Source of the DNA: a virus
Lineage: Duplodnaviria; Caudoviricetes
Strand: one strand, 5' to 3'
Length of the DNA: 53,431 nucleotides
IMG/VR virus record: IMGVR_UViG_3300037518_000174
Location: 1-53,431 of that record
A program made the translations under genes and the position numbers. The first letter of the stretch is position 1; each line of letters opens with the position of its first letter. Below the pieces are notes generated by a model, which ran no database searches, had not been told where the DNA came from, and saw only the letters and a program-made list of their open reading frames with translations. This document shows positions 43,464 through 53,304 of this stretch, piece after piece.

Positions 43464-46315
43464 TCGACCGCTTCTTCGACCATCTCTCTGATTGCGTCTC
43501 TAGCGGGACGATAGGTATTCGCAACGGGAATAGCGTTAGCAAGTTCCAGTGAAAGTTTGCTGCTGTTCCCTTCGAGCGCCATCGCTACGCCTTCTCTAAG
43601 TTCCTCAATCTGGGATATCTGCGGACCCAACGCCTGTTGCAGTCCGCTCGATCCAAACCGATGCGCGAACAGCACATCAGCAGCAATCTGGCCGGCACCT
43701 GTAAATCCTGCCCGGTCAATCGCGCGAGTTAGTTTCTCGGCCTCGGTCTCGTTCGCCCTGTTCGGGTTTCCGTCTGGACCGTATTTGATAACTTCCCTCA
43801 GCTCGTTCGCCCAATACGCCGTCACCGTCATCAATACTCCGGTTGCGCTGATCTTCGGGACGTAGTGAACCGGGTCTTCCACAATCTTCTTAAACCACCG
43901 CTTCATCACGGTATTTCCGAATGTGGTCTGGAAGCCTCGAAGTTGCGAGATCAAATGAAAGTGTGGATTCGCGTGCCACATCGGTCTGACCGTAGCCCTC
44001 GGGTTCATCACAACTTCATTCGTGAACCTCAGGGCAGCAGCATCCAGCACGCGCTTGAAATCGCCCTCGTCCTTAGCGCCCGACTGAACCCACCGAATCC
44101 CCTCATCGGCCGATACACCCAACTCGGCAAGCTCCTGACGCAATCGGTTCCCGGTTCTTCCGCCCTTGCCTTTCGCCAGATCCTTGAGATGGTCCACCAC
44201 CATCAATCGCCCGGAATGGAATCCCCACACTCGGTTCATCCGGGTCCACTGGTGAAGTAATGTGGCTTTGAAGAAAGCGTTGGTCGCCCTGGTGACTTCT
44301 CCGCCGAACGAAGCCATGAGCCTTTCCGTCACCGCGATATCGAGACCGATCCCGACGCGCTCCAACGCTTTAGTCGCTTCACTTTGCGGGAACCGCTTGA
44401 ACACAGTCCCGATAGCGCCATGAATCGCATGATCGATCATCTTGGGAACGGCCTTCAAAGCCGACTTCCAGCGTCCGCGAGAAAGGATAACAAGTGGCTC
44501 CGACAGGCTCGAAATTGTCGCCAGAGACAGCGTTCTCAATAACTGATAAGCACCAAACCCCTTGTTGATCCCACGCATGACACTCGACTGAATCGGCTTG
44601 TAGGACAACTGCAACGCATCAGCCAATTCGTAGACTCGCTGAATCTCCTTGGGCCGAATCGGCCGGCCAGATAAATGACCTTCTTCGATCGCCGATCTCA
44701 CCAGTTGATTCAGTTTTTCCTCGCCGGCTCCGAACTCCCGCGCATACTCCGATCTTCGGGTAATGCCTGAGACATACTTTCTCAGCACGTCATAGGCATT
44801 GCCTTCCAGAAACGGAGCCAGTTCTTCCTCAGGTATATCCGTTAACTTCCGCGACATCTCGGCGTTTCTGTTTCGTTTGACACCGCCCTGCAACACACGG
44901 CCAGGCATATAAACACCAGCATCGTCAACCGCTCGATCCGTGATTGTTCTTGATGCCAGCAATATGCCGTCGTTGTTGACGATACGACGTTGAACCTCAG
45001 TCGCGTCCTCGATCGGCATGTGCTTGGATAGCGTCTTTACAAACTCGTCAGAACCCGCAGCATCGTTATAGACTCTGGGAAAGTAGTTCTCGACGTATCC
45101 AGTCTCGAGCCCAGCGTCTTTCGCGTACTGCTGAATATCGTCCAGCATCCCGCGAATTACCTTTCCAGCTTCCGCAACCTTTCCCGACCCTTCCGTAATA
45201 CCCCTCAAGTGCTTGACCAGATCGTCATTCTCTGTCTTCGTCAATCCGCGTCTAAACGTCTTGGTGAAGGTGCCCATCGCGTCTTGCAACTGACTGAGGT
45301 ACTGGCCGTTCGCAAGGCTCAGCCGTTCATAGAAACTGGGGGCTATCGGTGTATCGGAGAACTCCTGGTACTCCATGATGTTCCGAATGGTTTTCATCGA
45401 CGGTGAAACTTTGGAAGCATCGTCGAGATAGGTGACAGCCTTGTAGCCAATCACGTCTCCGATCTCGCGCGAGAAACGCTTGGGAGTCTCCAGAATCGAC
45501 TGTATCGCTTCCTCCAGCGTAGAACTGGGACTGACGGTCTCAGCCGCACCTACTGAAGTTATCGGTCTAGGACGTGTGACGCGCGCCCTCACGGGAGGCA
45601 AGGTTGCACCACCGAATATCCCACCGATCGGCGCGGATATCATCGCTGTCATCGCGGCATCGTTGTATACCTTGCCCCAATCAACACTCCCTTCGTTTGC
45701 GGCCTGATCGGCTACAGAAATAGGAATGGCAACGGCAGCACCAGTACCGGCAGCACCCAACGATCCCCCGGCAACTCGGGCCATGACTTGAGCCGTTCGC
45801 CCCATGCTGGCGACTCTCTCGCCCAACTGGACTGCAAGTTTCTTCGATCCGAAGGGAACAGCCAGCAATTCCGGGTCTGCCGCTATTGCGTTGACGAACT
45901 CAGCAGCAACGGCCCCAGCATCGTCCTGAACAGCAGAGACAAGATCCCCCAGGTTGAACTCGGAAACCTCGCTCTGTTCTTCCTGATTCGACAACCTATC
46001 GAACCTTTCAGAAAGCTTCTGGTACCTTTCGCTACTCGTGTCTCCCGCCTGCTCGTGCTCCCACATCAGGTTGGATACCTGAACTCTTTGAGACTCAGCG
46101 TGCTCATCGATAGTCGGCCGTGACTCGTCTTTGAATGCGGATACCGCGTTATCTAGCGCGCTGTTTCGCCTTCTCGCTCCACCCATGAAAGCGTCCCATG
46201 ACGGGAACGGAAGCTTCAGGTTGTTCCAGAAACCACGAGTCGCCTGGTGTTTTGGCTCTTGGAGTCTACTGATAGGAACTGGGCCAGATTGAATCTGACT
46301 GATCGGGATCGGCAT
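43460..46315 (-). CDS. large internal virion/DNA ejection protein
   Basis: 951 aa, largely helical, with ENYFPRVY motif; follows gp7/gp20-like genes as in P22-like podoviruses. Confidence 0.7.
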   Translation of the reverse strand: MPIPISQIQSGPVPISRLQEPKHQATRGFWNNLKLPFPSWDAFMGGARRRNSALDNAVSAFKDESRPTIDEHAESQRVQVSNLMWEHEQAGDTSSERYQKLSERFDRLSNQEEQSEVSEFNLGDLVSAVQDDAGAVAAEFVNAIAADPELLAVPFGSKKLAVQLGERVASMGRTAQVMARVAGGSLGAAGTGAAVAIPISVADQAANEGSVDWGKVYNDAAMTAMISAPIGGIFGGATLPPVRARVTRPRPITSVGAAETVSPSSTLEEAIQSILETPKRFSREIGDVIGYKAVTYLDDASKVSPSMKTIRNIMEYQEFSDTPIAPSFYERLSLANGQYLSQLQDAMGTFTKTFRRGLTKTENDDLVKHLRGITEGSGKVAEAGKVIRGMLDDIQQYAKDAGLETGYVENYFPRVYNDAAGSDEFVKTLSKHMPIEDATEVQRRIVNNDGILLASRTITDRAVDDAGVYMPGRVLQGGVKRNRNAEMSRKLTDIPEEELAPFLEGNAYDVLRKYVSGITRRSEYAREFGAGEEKLNQLVRSAIEEGHLSGRPIRPKEIQRVYELADALQLSYKPIQSSVMRGINKGFGAYQLLRTLSLATISSLSEPLVILSRGRWKSALKAVPKMIDHAIHGAIGTVFKRFPQSEATKALERVGIGLDIAVTERLMASFGGEVTRATNAFFKATLLHQWTRMNRVWGFHSGRLMVVDHLKDLAKGKGGRTGNRLRQELAELGVSADEGIRWVQSGAKDEGDFKRVLDAAALRFTNEVVMNPRATVRPMWHANPHFHLISQLRGFQTTFGNTVMKRWFKKIVEDPVHYVPKISATGVLMTVTAYWANELREVIKYGPDGNPNRANETEAEKLTRAIDRAGFTGAGQIAADVLFAHRFGSSGLQQALGPQISQIEELREGVAMALEGNSSKLSLELANAIPVANTYRPARDAIREMVEEAVE

Positions 46316-47322
46316 TACTCGACCAGAGGCTCGCCGCTTTCGTCAAATCCGACAACCGTATATTCCTTGCCATTCAGGGTGACGGTTTGGCCGACCTTGT
46401 AGCTTTCTCCGTTCCACTCGACGGTCTGGCTAGGGTCAAACACGGTATCGTCTGGATTCAGCCAGTCCACTCCGAATAATTTGTCTTTGCGAGATCTCTG
46501 AAGACTCTCGGCTTCGTCGGTGGCCGAACCAATGGCATCGTTGAAATTCACTCCGGTATCGCGCTGAACCTCTTTGGCTCTGTTGACTATCCAGTTCACG
46601 GCCTTGTCGCGATTGGAGCCATCCAGTTCGCCAAAACGCTCATCGTCCTTTACCAGCGTTTCGACCTGATCCCTTTCCATTGCTGTCGGCCTGGTGGGCT
46701 CCCTGACAGTCTCCGGATCATCTTCAGGCTGTCGCTCCTGGGACGGCCTGCCAGCTTCGACACCCGGAATCCCCCCGGCAGTCAAAAACTGCTGATATCG
46801 ATCGGTGTTTTCAAGCGCAACGCCAAGAATGTTTCCTTCCGTATCGCGAAACACCTGAGCCTTTCCGGCTTGTTCGGTCAATGGCTCCAGTTGAGCTAGC
46901 ATCGTGCGTGCAGAATCGGGAGACCACTCGAACCCAAGCGTATCCGCTACTTCGTCACCATAGACATTCTGAAGCGCGGATTCCCAACGATCCCATGCGG
47001 CTTGCCCCGCCTTGACCGCCGTTCCCTCGTCAGTGTCCTCAAGTGCAGCTTCGTAGGCCGACAGGGATTCGACTGCGGCTCTTTCTCCATAGTTGAGAAT
47101 TTCGGCAAGGCGCTCCCGTTTGAGCTGTTCCTCCTTGATCGAGTTTTCTCTTGCCTGCTGAATCTCAGCCTTCTTCGCCTCGCTCTCTGCAAGGGACGTT
47201 CTGCGTTCCGCAATATCCTCGTCCTGTCGCATGAGACGAAGTTCCTGCCGTTCGAGATCCGCACGTCTCCCGCTCGTGACCGGAGTCGCCAACTGCTGAA
47301 GCGAAGGGATGTTCAGTGCCAT
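46315..47322 (-). CDS. ejection (DNA transfer) protein, P22 gp20 position (probable start 47322)
   Basis: Charged helical protein between the gp7-like and large ejection genes. Confidence 0.6.
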   Translation of the reverse strand: MALNIPSLQQLATPVTSGRRADLERQELRLMRQDEDIAERRTSLAESEAKKAEIQQARENSIKEEQLKRERLAEILNYGERAAVESLSAYEAALEDTDEGTAVKAGQAAWDRWESALQNVYGDEVADTLGFEWSPDSARTMLAQLEPLTEQAGKAQVFRDTEGNILGVALENTDRYQQFLTAGGIPGVEAGRPSQERQPEDDPETVREPTRPTAMERDQVETLVKDDERFGELDGSNRDKAVNWIVNRAKEVQRDTGVNFNDAIGSATDEAESLQRSRKDKLFGVDWLNPDDTVFDPSQTVEWNGESYKVGQTVTLNGKEYTVVGFDESGEPLVE

Positions 47323-47324
47323 TA

Positions 47325-48635
47325 CTATCGCCTCAACGAAGACCAGTCGATTTGAGACAGTTGATCGATGGAGTTCTGCCACGCATTGCTACGCGCGATA
47401 TACCCGGTCCCTCTCGCTTCTCCGGCGTTCAACGCGAGATTCGCGGCCGACTCACCGAAGTTCTGGATGATCCCCGATCCACTGGATTGCTGACCGTAGC
47501 CGGCAAGGGTCAAGAGTCGTCTGTAGCTCGCGTCGTATTCGGTCGAGGCGTAGTCTTGTGCGTATCTCAAAAGCCCCTCGGTCATGCCTCCCGTGATTCC
47601 GCCTGTTGCGAAAGCTGAGTTTTCGTACGCCTCTATCCCTTCGCCTAGACGAAACTGGTAGCTCGGGTCTTGAGTGATGTCGTAGGGCTCATCGGAAAGG
47701 CCGGACATGCTCTCTAGTCCCGCCAAAGCCTCTATACCCGCCTGATAGAACGGCTCCTCTCTCTCAAGCGCCATATCGCGGCTTTCACGGAGAAAGTCGT
47801 ACCCTTCACGAGTAGCGGCCAACTGAGCGTCTACGGCGTCTGAGGCGGCCCTATTGGCCATCAGGCCACCGAATACGGATAAGCCTCCCTGTATGGCCGG
47901 TGTGACCCAGCCGGGCATTGACGAGGCTGCTGCTGCTCCTGCTGCTCCAGCTCCAGCTCCCGCTGCCGTTCCCGCTGCCGTAGAGCCGGCGGATACAGCC
48001 CCTCCGCCAGCGACAGCGGCACCACCCGCCGCAGTCGCGCCTCCAGCAGTCAGCGGCGTGAATGCCCCGCCCGCCTGAGTCGATGGCACGGCATACGTGG
48101 TTGCGCCACCGGAACCGGCAGCAGCGCCACCTCCACTGATCGCCCCACCAGCAGCGGCGGCGCCCATCGTAAGACCTGCCAATCTCGCGGCTGAATTGGC
48201 CCAACCCTTGATACCGTCGCCCTCGCCCCATTGGATTGCGTCAGTCACGCCCCTGACCGCGCTACCAATCGGCCCGCCGCCGTTTCGGCTCGCTATCCCC
48301 ACTTGGTTTGCGCGCTCAATCTCGGACTGATACGCCTCCGGCGATATCCCGGCCTGTGAAGCGATTTGCCGTCCAAACTCGCTGTCGTCCGTGAACCCGA
48401 GTTGGGTCAGCAACGGCATCAGCGGAGCGCCGACCTGAATCTGATCCATAAACTGAGACAGATCCGATTGCGAGCCGGTCATGCCGGCCTGCTGTATCCG
48501 CTCTTGCAGCATCGACGCAATCTCTGGCGTGATGACCATCTCGCCAGACTGATCGACAGTCACGCCACCTGTGGGTGGTCGGTAGTACCCTACATTAGAG
48601 TTGGGATACGCAAGTTGATTGATAGGTTTAACCAT
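47325..48635 (-). CDS. DNA transfer protein, P22 gp7-like
   Basis: Long Gly/Ala-rich segment; PFYQAG..AL..L and DPSYQFRL.EG....ENSA.A.GG...G......L.RYAQDYAS.EY. Confidence 0.8.
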   Translation of the reverse strand: MVKPINQLAYPNSNVGYYRPPTGGVTVDQSGEMVITPEIASMLQERIQQAGMTGSQSDLSQFMDQIQVGAPLMPLLTQLGFTDDSEFGRQIASQAGISPEAYQSEIERANQVGIASRNGGGPIGSAVRGVTDAIQWGEGDGIKGWANSAARLAGLTMGAAAAGGAISGGGAAAGSGGATTYAVPSTQAGGAFTPLTAGGATAAGGAAVAGGGAVSAGSTAAGTAAGAGAGAAGAAAASSMPGWVTPAIQGGLSVFGGLMANRAASDAVDAQLAATREGYDFLRESRDMALEREEPFYQAGIEALAGLESMSGLSDEPYDITQDPSYQFRLGEGIEAYENSAFATGGITGGMTEGLLRYAQDYASTEYDASYRRLLTLAGYGQQSSGSGIIQNFGESAANLALNAGEARGTGYIARSNAWQNSIDQLSQIDWSSLRR

Positions 48636-49171
48636 TACGTTATTTGAGCCAGATCCAATCTAGCCATGACCTCGATGTCCCTGATGTCAGTTTCAGAAAT
48701 GTTCGCAGCCCCGTCATTCAATGACCTGCCCTCTATAGTCCATGTCTCTCCGGCATCCGATACCGTTTCCTCTCCAGAAAAATACTCAGCGTATGTCGTG
48801 CTGCTCAAATCCTGCGTGTGAACTACGGACCCGACTTCGTTCTTAAGCCGCCACCCCGTGTCAGAAGTAGCCCCGGAAACCTCGTTCTTCTGAGCTTCGA
48901 CCATCACCCTGAATGAACCCGCGAACTCAGTAATGAATGTCCTCAGAACCTGCCACTCATCACCCGGCCCAGAAGTAGAAGTCGAAGCCACTGAACTCAA
49001 CAGTTGTCCTACGACATCGTTAGTATCGCTGTCTCCCTTTAGAATGATATTTGCGCCGGTCAATGACTGGTTGTTCAGTTCCTCGATCCACTCATCCCAC
49101 ATTCGATGGTCATCCGGCCTACGTCTCAAGATCGGATTGACAACCAAAGCATCATTCTTGAATAACGGCAT
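48635..49171 (-). CDS. putative tail accessory protein
   Basis: Directly after the gp10-like gene; W..W N-terminal motif then a beta domain. Confidence 0.55.
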   Translation of the reverse strand: MPLFKNDALVVNPILRRRPDDHRMWDEWIEELNNQSLTGANIILKGDSDTNDVVGQLLSSVASTSTSGPGDEWQVLRTFITEFAGSFRVMVEAQKNEVSGATSDTGWRLKNEVGSVVHTQDLSSTTYAEYFSGEETVSDAGETWTIEGRSLNDGAANISETDIRDIEVMARLDLAQIT

Positions 49172-50659
49172 TTATGCAGCCCTGTTCTGTTCGTCAGCCC
49201 AGGCCAGACGACCCCAAGCACCCTTCACCACGAGCTTTCTTTTCGAGTCGCTGTAGACCCTGAATATCCAGTTACGTCCGCTTCCCAGGCGTCTCCGAAT
49301 GAGTCGGTGGTAGTACTCGTCTACAGCCGCTTCTCCGATATCTAGAGAAACGCCTGAACTGAATGTGTGACCTCCGTCCTTGCTCCAGTAAACAGTCAAC
49401 TGGCGGTCGTTCCCTGTATCTCCTGAATCAATTACGCCTTCTTCACAGTCAATTTGTATCCGTGCGAACCTGAGACGATCCTCGTTCTCAGCCGCAATGC
49501 CTGGGCCGGTCAACTGTCTTTCCATATTGGCACTGGCCCATGTGTATACGGTCTCGCTCAAGGCAAACAGTTTTCCGGTCTCAGCATGATCGCCAACGAT
49601 ATGCGTCCCGCCACTCCAGCCTGAACAGAAGGCGTGAACGCCACCGTAGTACCGGATCGGTGCATCGTTGCTGAAAGCGCCGCTCCACTGCGCCCATTCA
49701 AAACCAGACCCCTGAACGGAAGCGTCATACGCAAACGTCGCGTTACCTGTCGGGAAGGAAAGGACGTAGAACGGATGTCCGTCTATCGTCATTGCAAACC
49801 CTTCTGCATCTGAAACCGTCGAATACTGTTCCCACTTTCGGCTAAGCTCTGGGGTCGATATGACTTGCGGAGCGTAACCATCGCCTACACGGACAACCTC
49901 AAGCTGCCCTCGTTTGCTGGAAGACAACAAGACGACTGTGTTGTCGTAGATACAAGCACTACCCGGGGCAGAAATTCCGGTCTCGAACTGAGTGTACTTG
50001 TCAAAGACTTGGGTTGAAGTTCCTTTGTTGTACCAGACTTCGCTTTGTTCCTTCCCGAACAGAAATATTCTGTCTCTTTCAACGAGAATCTTCTGGATCG
50101 TGCTTGTCAAAGAAAGTCCAACGCCAAAACTTGCGGTATCCCACGAGGTCCCGTTTCCGAGATCCGACCACCAGAACTTACCTACCGTAGTCGGATCGTT
50201 GACGAGAAACCGATTGTTGATATGAGCCACGGTTGTAGCCGCATCGGGAAATTCGGTATCGGTAATATCCGATCCCGTCGTGGTCGCGATGTCGTAGTGA
50301 AGGCCCGTATTCCCATCTACCGTGACAATCGCTTGCTCTGTAGGATTAAGCGCCATCTCGACACGGCCGGAAGTCGTCGCCAATACGTCTCTCGCGGTCT
50401 CGACCGCTCCCGAGGTGACGCTGTACAAGTCGTTATCGGAAACGACGTAGAGAAGGCTTCCCTTCGGCTCGTAGAGCATGGCCCGGATATCCCCCGTATT
50501 TACGAGGGTGTCGAACAGAGTCGCCCCATGAACGGGAAGCATCGCCCCCTGATGACTTTCACCCGGAGCCGGATGCTCGTAGTAGTAGTTGATGCACTGC
50601 TGGGACGAGGTATTGGTCGAGATGCCTTCATAGGCACCGCCGAACAAGGGGATTCGCAT
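49172..50659 (-). CDS. tail hub / packaged-DNA stabilisation protein, P22 gp10-like
   Basis: MRIPL.GGAY...Q.CIN.Y, SEVWYN.G, GHPFYVL.FP, WSKDGGHTF...G....Y..R...RRLG..R. Confidence 0.9.
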   Translation of the reverse strand: MRIPLFGGAYEGISTNTSSQQCINYYYEHPAPGESHQGAMLPVHGATLFDTLVNTGDIRAMLYEPKGSLLYVVSDNDLYSVTSGAVETARDVLATTSGRVEMALNPTEQAIVTVDGNTGLHYDIATTTGSDITDTEFPDAATTVAHINNRFLVNDPTTVGKFWWSDLGNGTSWDTASFGVGLSLTSTIQKILVERDRIFLFGKEQSEVWYNKGTSTQVFDKYTQFETGISAPGSACIYDNTVVLLSSSKRGQLEVVRVGDGYAPQVISTPELSRKWEQYSTVSDAEGFAMTIDGHPFYVLSFPTGNATFAYDASVQGSGFEWAQWSGAFSNDAPIRYYGGVHAFCSGWSGGTHIVGDHAETGKLFALSETVYTWASANMERQLTGPGIAAENEDRLRFARIQIDCEEGVIDSGDTGNDRQLTVYWSKDGGHTFSSGVSLDIGEAAVDEYYHRLIRRRLGSGRNWIFRVYSDSKRKLVVKGAWGRLAWADEQNRAA

Positions 50660-51657
50660 CAGTTGTAACCCAACTCGAAAGCAACATCTGCGTTCTCGAC
50701 AAGGAAGTCGAAGAACTCCTCCGACGATTCCTTGGCGAACTTCTCTAGTCGCCTCATCTGTACTTCAGGGATTCCGTACTCCGGTCCCAGCTCATAGGCG
50801 AGCCACCACGCCAGCGGGTTAACACCATCAGCAGGAATATCGAGATTGTTCGATGTCGCGTCGAGATCCTGCATGTGCGTCGTGTAGTCGAGGACAAGAG
50901 AATGAACGCTGCCCTCACCACCCGTAGGCCATAGATGCAACTCTGGATTTGTCGTCGCCTGACGGAGATAGACACTCACCGGAACGCCTGTCTGTAGCTT
51001 GGTCGGATACGTCAAGTATTCCTGCTCACCGATGATGCTCAACGGTGTGTCTATACCCTCCATCAATCCCGCATCGGTCGCCGCATTGTCGAGATCCGTG
51101 ATCCGTCGTTGAGCAAACTTGAGCTTGACCAGCTTGTGAGAGAGATCGGCGGAAGTCGGCCAGGTATAGACCGCGTTACCAGAAGAAGCGGAATCGTCCA
51201 GCCCTGCCGTCAAGGTCACGGCATTGGCCGACGGAGCTCCGTTGATCGTGGTATCGGTCAAAGTACCGTCGTCGTTCTCGACGAGAATCCTGTCGGCGTT
51301 CGACATATTCGTGTCGTCAGTGACGGTAATCGCCGTGTCACTCTCTGAAGCAGCCGACGCAAGTGTGGTCGTGTAGTACTGCGAGGTGAAAAGTGCAGTT
51401 CCCGAAGTGCCGAACGTGTACTTGGAAACCGTGCCTGGATCGGGAAGGAACAAATGCCCCGTCTTCCTCAGCCAGATCCCGGCCCCTTTCTTGTTCCAGC
51501 CCTTGACGATCAGATTGAGAACGACAAGCGCATCGGTCTGCTCGTCAGTATCTATCGTCTCATTGGCGTCGAACTCGCTGAGACGCTTTAAGGAACGCTC
51601 GATGATATTGGCTGCCGTATACGACTCGGTGTAATTCCAACTTGCGCTGAAAGCCAT
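50659..51657 (-). CDS. head-tail adaptor, P22 gp4-like, with an inserted beta domain
   Basis: A..II.RSL..L...DAL..LN.....W...G; G.P..VY...LWP; L.W.LA.EL.PEYG. Confidence 0.8.
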   Translation of the reverse strand: MAFSASWNYTESYTAANIIERSLKRLSEFDANETIDTDEQTDALVVLNLIVKGWNKKGAGIWLRKTGHLFLPDPGTVSKYTFGTSGTALFTSQYYTTTLASAASESDTAITVTDDTNMSNADRILVENDDGTLTDTTINGAPSANAVTLTAGLDDSASSGNAVYTWPTSADLSHKLVKLKFAQRRITDLDNAATDAGLMEGIDTPLSIIGEQEYLTYPTKLQTGVPVSVYLRQATTNPELHLWPTGGEGSVHSLVLDYTTHMQDLDATSNNLDIPADGVNPLAWWLAYELGPEYGIPEVQMRRLEKFAKESSEEFFDFLVENADVAFELGYN

Positions 51658-51659
51658 AA

Positions 51660-51959
51660 CTATGCACTCACCACTACGCTAATCACATGACCCGCACGCA
51701 CCAGAAAGTACTCCCAATTGTCAGCGGGCACCCACGGATCGCTCGTAGTAGCCGTTGGGTTCACACCGAATGAATAATGAAACTGGCTGTCTGATTGAAT
51801 GCGGACACACTTGGTGTCCAAACTGAAAGGGATGCTTTTCGTCTCAGTCGAATAGCTAACCGTCTGTACGTTAAGACTCGGCTGTTTTGCGATAAGGATG
51901 ACCTGCCCCGACTTATAGGTGCCGGGGTAAGAAAATTCCTCTACAACAAGCGTTGCCAT
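51660..51959 (-). CDS. small virion beta protein (putative spike base); cytoplasmic paralog of 16433..16780
   Basis: Located in the structural operon; aligns with the mature part of 16433; no signal peptide. Confidence 0.75.
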   Translation of the reverse strand: MATLVVEEFSYPGTYKSGQVILIAKQPSLNVQTVSYSTETKSIPFSLDTKCVRIQSDSQFHYSFGVNPTATTSDPWVPADNWEYFLVRAGHVISVVVSA

Positions 51960-53015
51960 CTACATCCCCATTCCCATTCGAGACATAACCATTCGATGCT
52001 TTTTCCTGAAAAACCCTTGGCCTTGGTTTGGTTCACCCAAACTCGGAAACGATACTTGACTATCCGCCTCTACGTTTTCTGCTGACAGTACGTGCACCTG
52101 ACCTACTGACGGATACGTAACCTCAGACGCCGACTCGATATCCTCAGCCGATAGCTCGTCCGTACCGCTGCTCTCGCTTAGGGCCGGAGCCGTTAACTCG
52201 GAATCGCTCTCTACATCGTCCGCTAGAAGTCCATGCTCTTGGCCTAGAGCCGGAGTCGATACTTCCGACACAGATTCAGTATCAGCAGCCAGAATCACAT
52301 GGACCTGGCCTAACGAGGGTGAAGTTATCTCGCTTAACGACTCAACATCCTCGGCGAGAAGGATGTTGCTTTCGCTCGCCGTAGGAGCCGATACTTCGGT
52401 ATCGCTCTCTACGTCATCCGCGAGTAGCGCGTGGGTCTGACCTAAGGCCGGAGCGGAGACTTCAGACGCACTCTCAACGTCGCTCGCAAGTAATGCGTGC
52501 TCTTGTCCTATGGCTGGAGAAGTGACCTCAGAAGATGACTCGACATCTTCAGCCAATAGGTCATCTGTAGGAACACCTGGCGTATAAGTAACACGTACCG
52601 TGAAGGCCGACCAAGAACACGTCTCGGCATCGTCCTTCATATTCGCGGAATAGTTCGCGGAATACGCGATCTCATCCCAATCGGCAGATACTGCCGTGCC
52701 AGGCGCCGGGGAAGGCGAGGAGCCATCGGCTATCGTGTCGCTACCGACACTAGCGCCTAGAGATGCAGAGCAGGCCGCTGCTGCATCGCTGCCGAAATCA
52801 CCCCAAACGGCGGTACCGCCCGTGGTTTGAATCCGCCAGCGTATGCCTATCGTGTCGTCTGTCGCGCCGTCCGAGTTGAGTGACGGCGTTCCAACAACAG
52901 ATACGTCATCAATCGTCGCGCCGTCGAAATCTCCGGGCGGTGTGATTCCGTTGCTTGCAGACCCAGCGGCACCTACTCCACTACCAGCCGGAGCTGTGAT
53001 ATCCCAGGTAGCCAC
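51960..53015 (-). CDS. acidic fibre-like virion protein with eight ~22-aa repeats and C-terminal MGMGM tail
   Basis: N-terminal globular domain, then L(L/S)AxDVESxSEVxxPx(L/I)GQxH repeats and a basic/hydrophobic tail. Confidence 0.75.
   Translation of the reverse strand: MATWDITAPAGSGVGAAGSASNGITPPGDFDGATIDDVSVVGTPSLNSDGATDDTIGIRWRIQTTGGTAVWGDFGSDAAAACSASLGASVGSDTIADGSSPSPAPGTAVSADWDEIAYSANYSANMKDDAETCSWSAFTVRVTYTPGVPTDDLLAEDVESSSEVTSPAIGQEHALLASDVESASEVSAPALGQTHALLADDVESDTEVSAPTASESNILLAEDVESLSEITSPSLGQVHVILAADTESVSEVSTPALGQEHGLLADDVESDSELTAPALSESSGTDELSAEDIESASEVTYPSVGQVHVLSAENVEADSQVSFPSLGEPNQGQGFFRKKHRMVMSRMGMGM
52030..52562 (-). repeat. eight degenerate ~66-bp (22-aa) tandem coding repeats
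   Basis: e.g. ALLASDVESASEVSAPALGQTH / ALLADDVESDTEVSAPTASESN / ILLAEDVESLSEITSPSLGQVH. Confidence 0.9.
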
Positions 53016-53290
53016 TAGCAGTTAATCCCGCATTCCTTACAAACACCGCGATTCGGCCCTTCTCCGTCAGGCCAGTCTCTACAGTTGAGCCCACTGACCC
53101 ATGCAGTCTTTGTGGCTTCCTTGTATCTGGGATCGGCTATAACGGCATCCCAATTACCAAGCTCAGCCCTTAATGCGCAGGCCCACTTGCGGAAGTAGCC
53201 GGTCTCGTCGGTATAGTCTCGTATTAAGAACGGACACTCTTTGCCGTTGACGTAACAGCAATGATCGCTTCCGTTGCCGGTGCATGGCAT
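53015..53290 (-). CDS. Cys-cluster protein, YkgJ-like
   Basis: C......CC...CPFL...C...CRDWP...CKEC pattern resembles the YkgJ CxxCxxCC family. Confidence 0.5.
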   Translation of the reverse strand: MPCTGNGSDHCCYVNGKECPFLIRDYTDETGYFRKWACALRAELGNWDAVIADPRYKEATKTAWVSGLNCRDWPDGEGPNRGVCKECGINC

Positions 53291-53304
53291 ATCATGTAGT
53301 CGTG

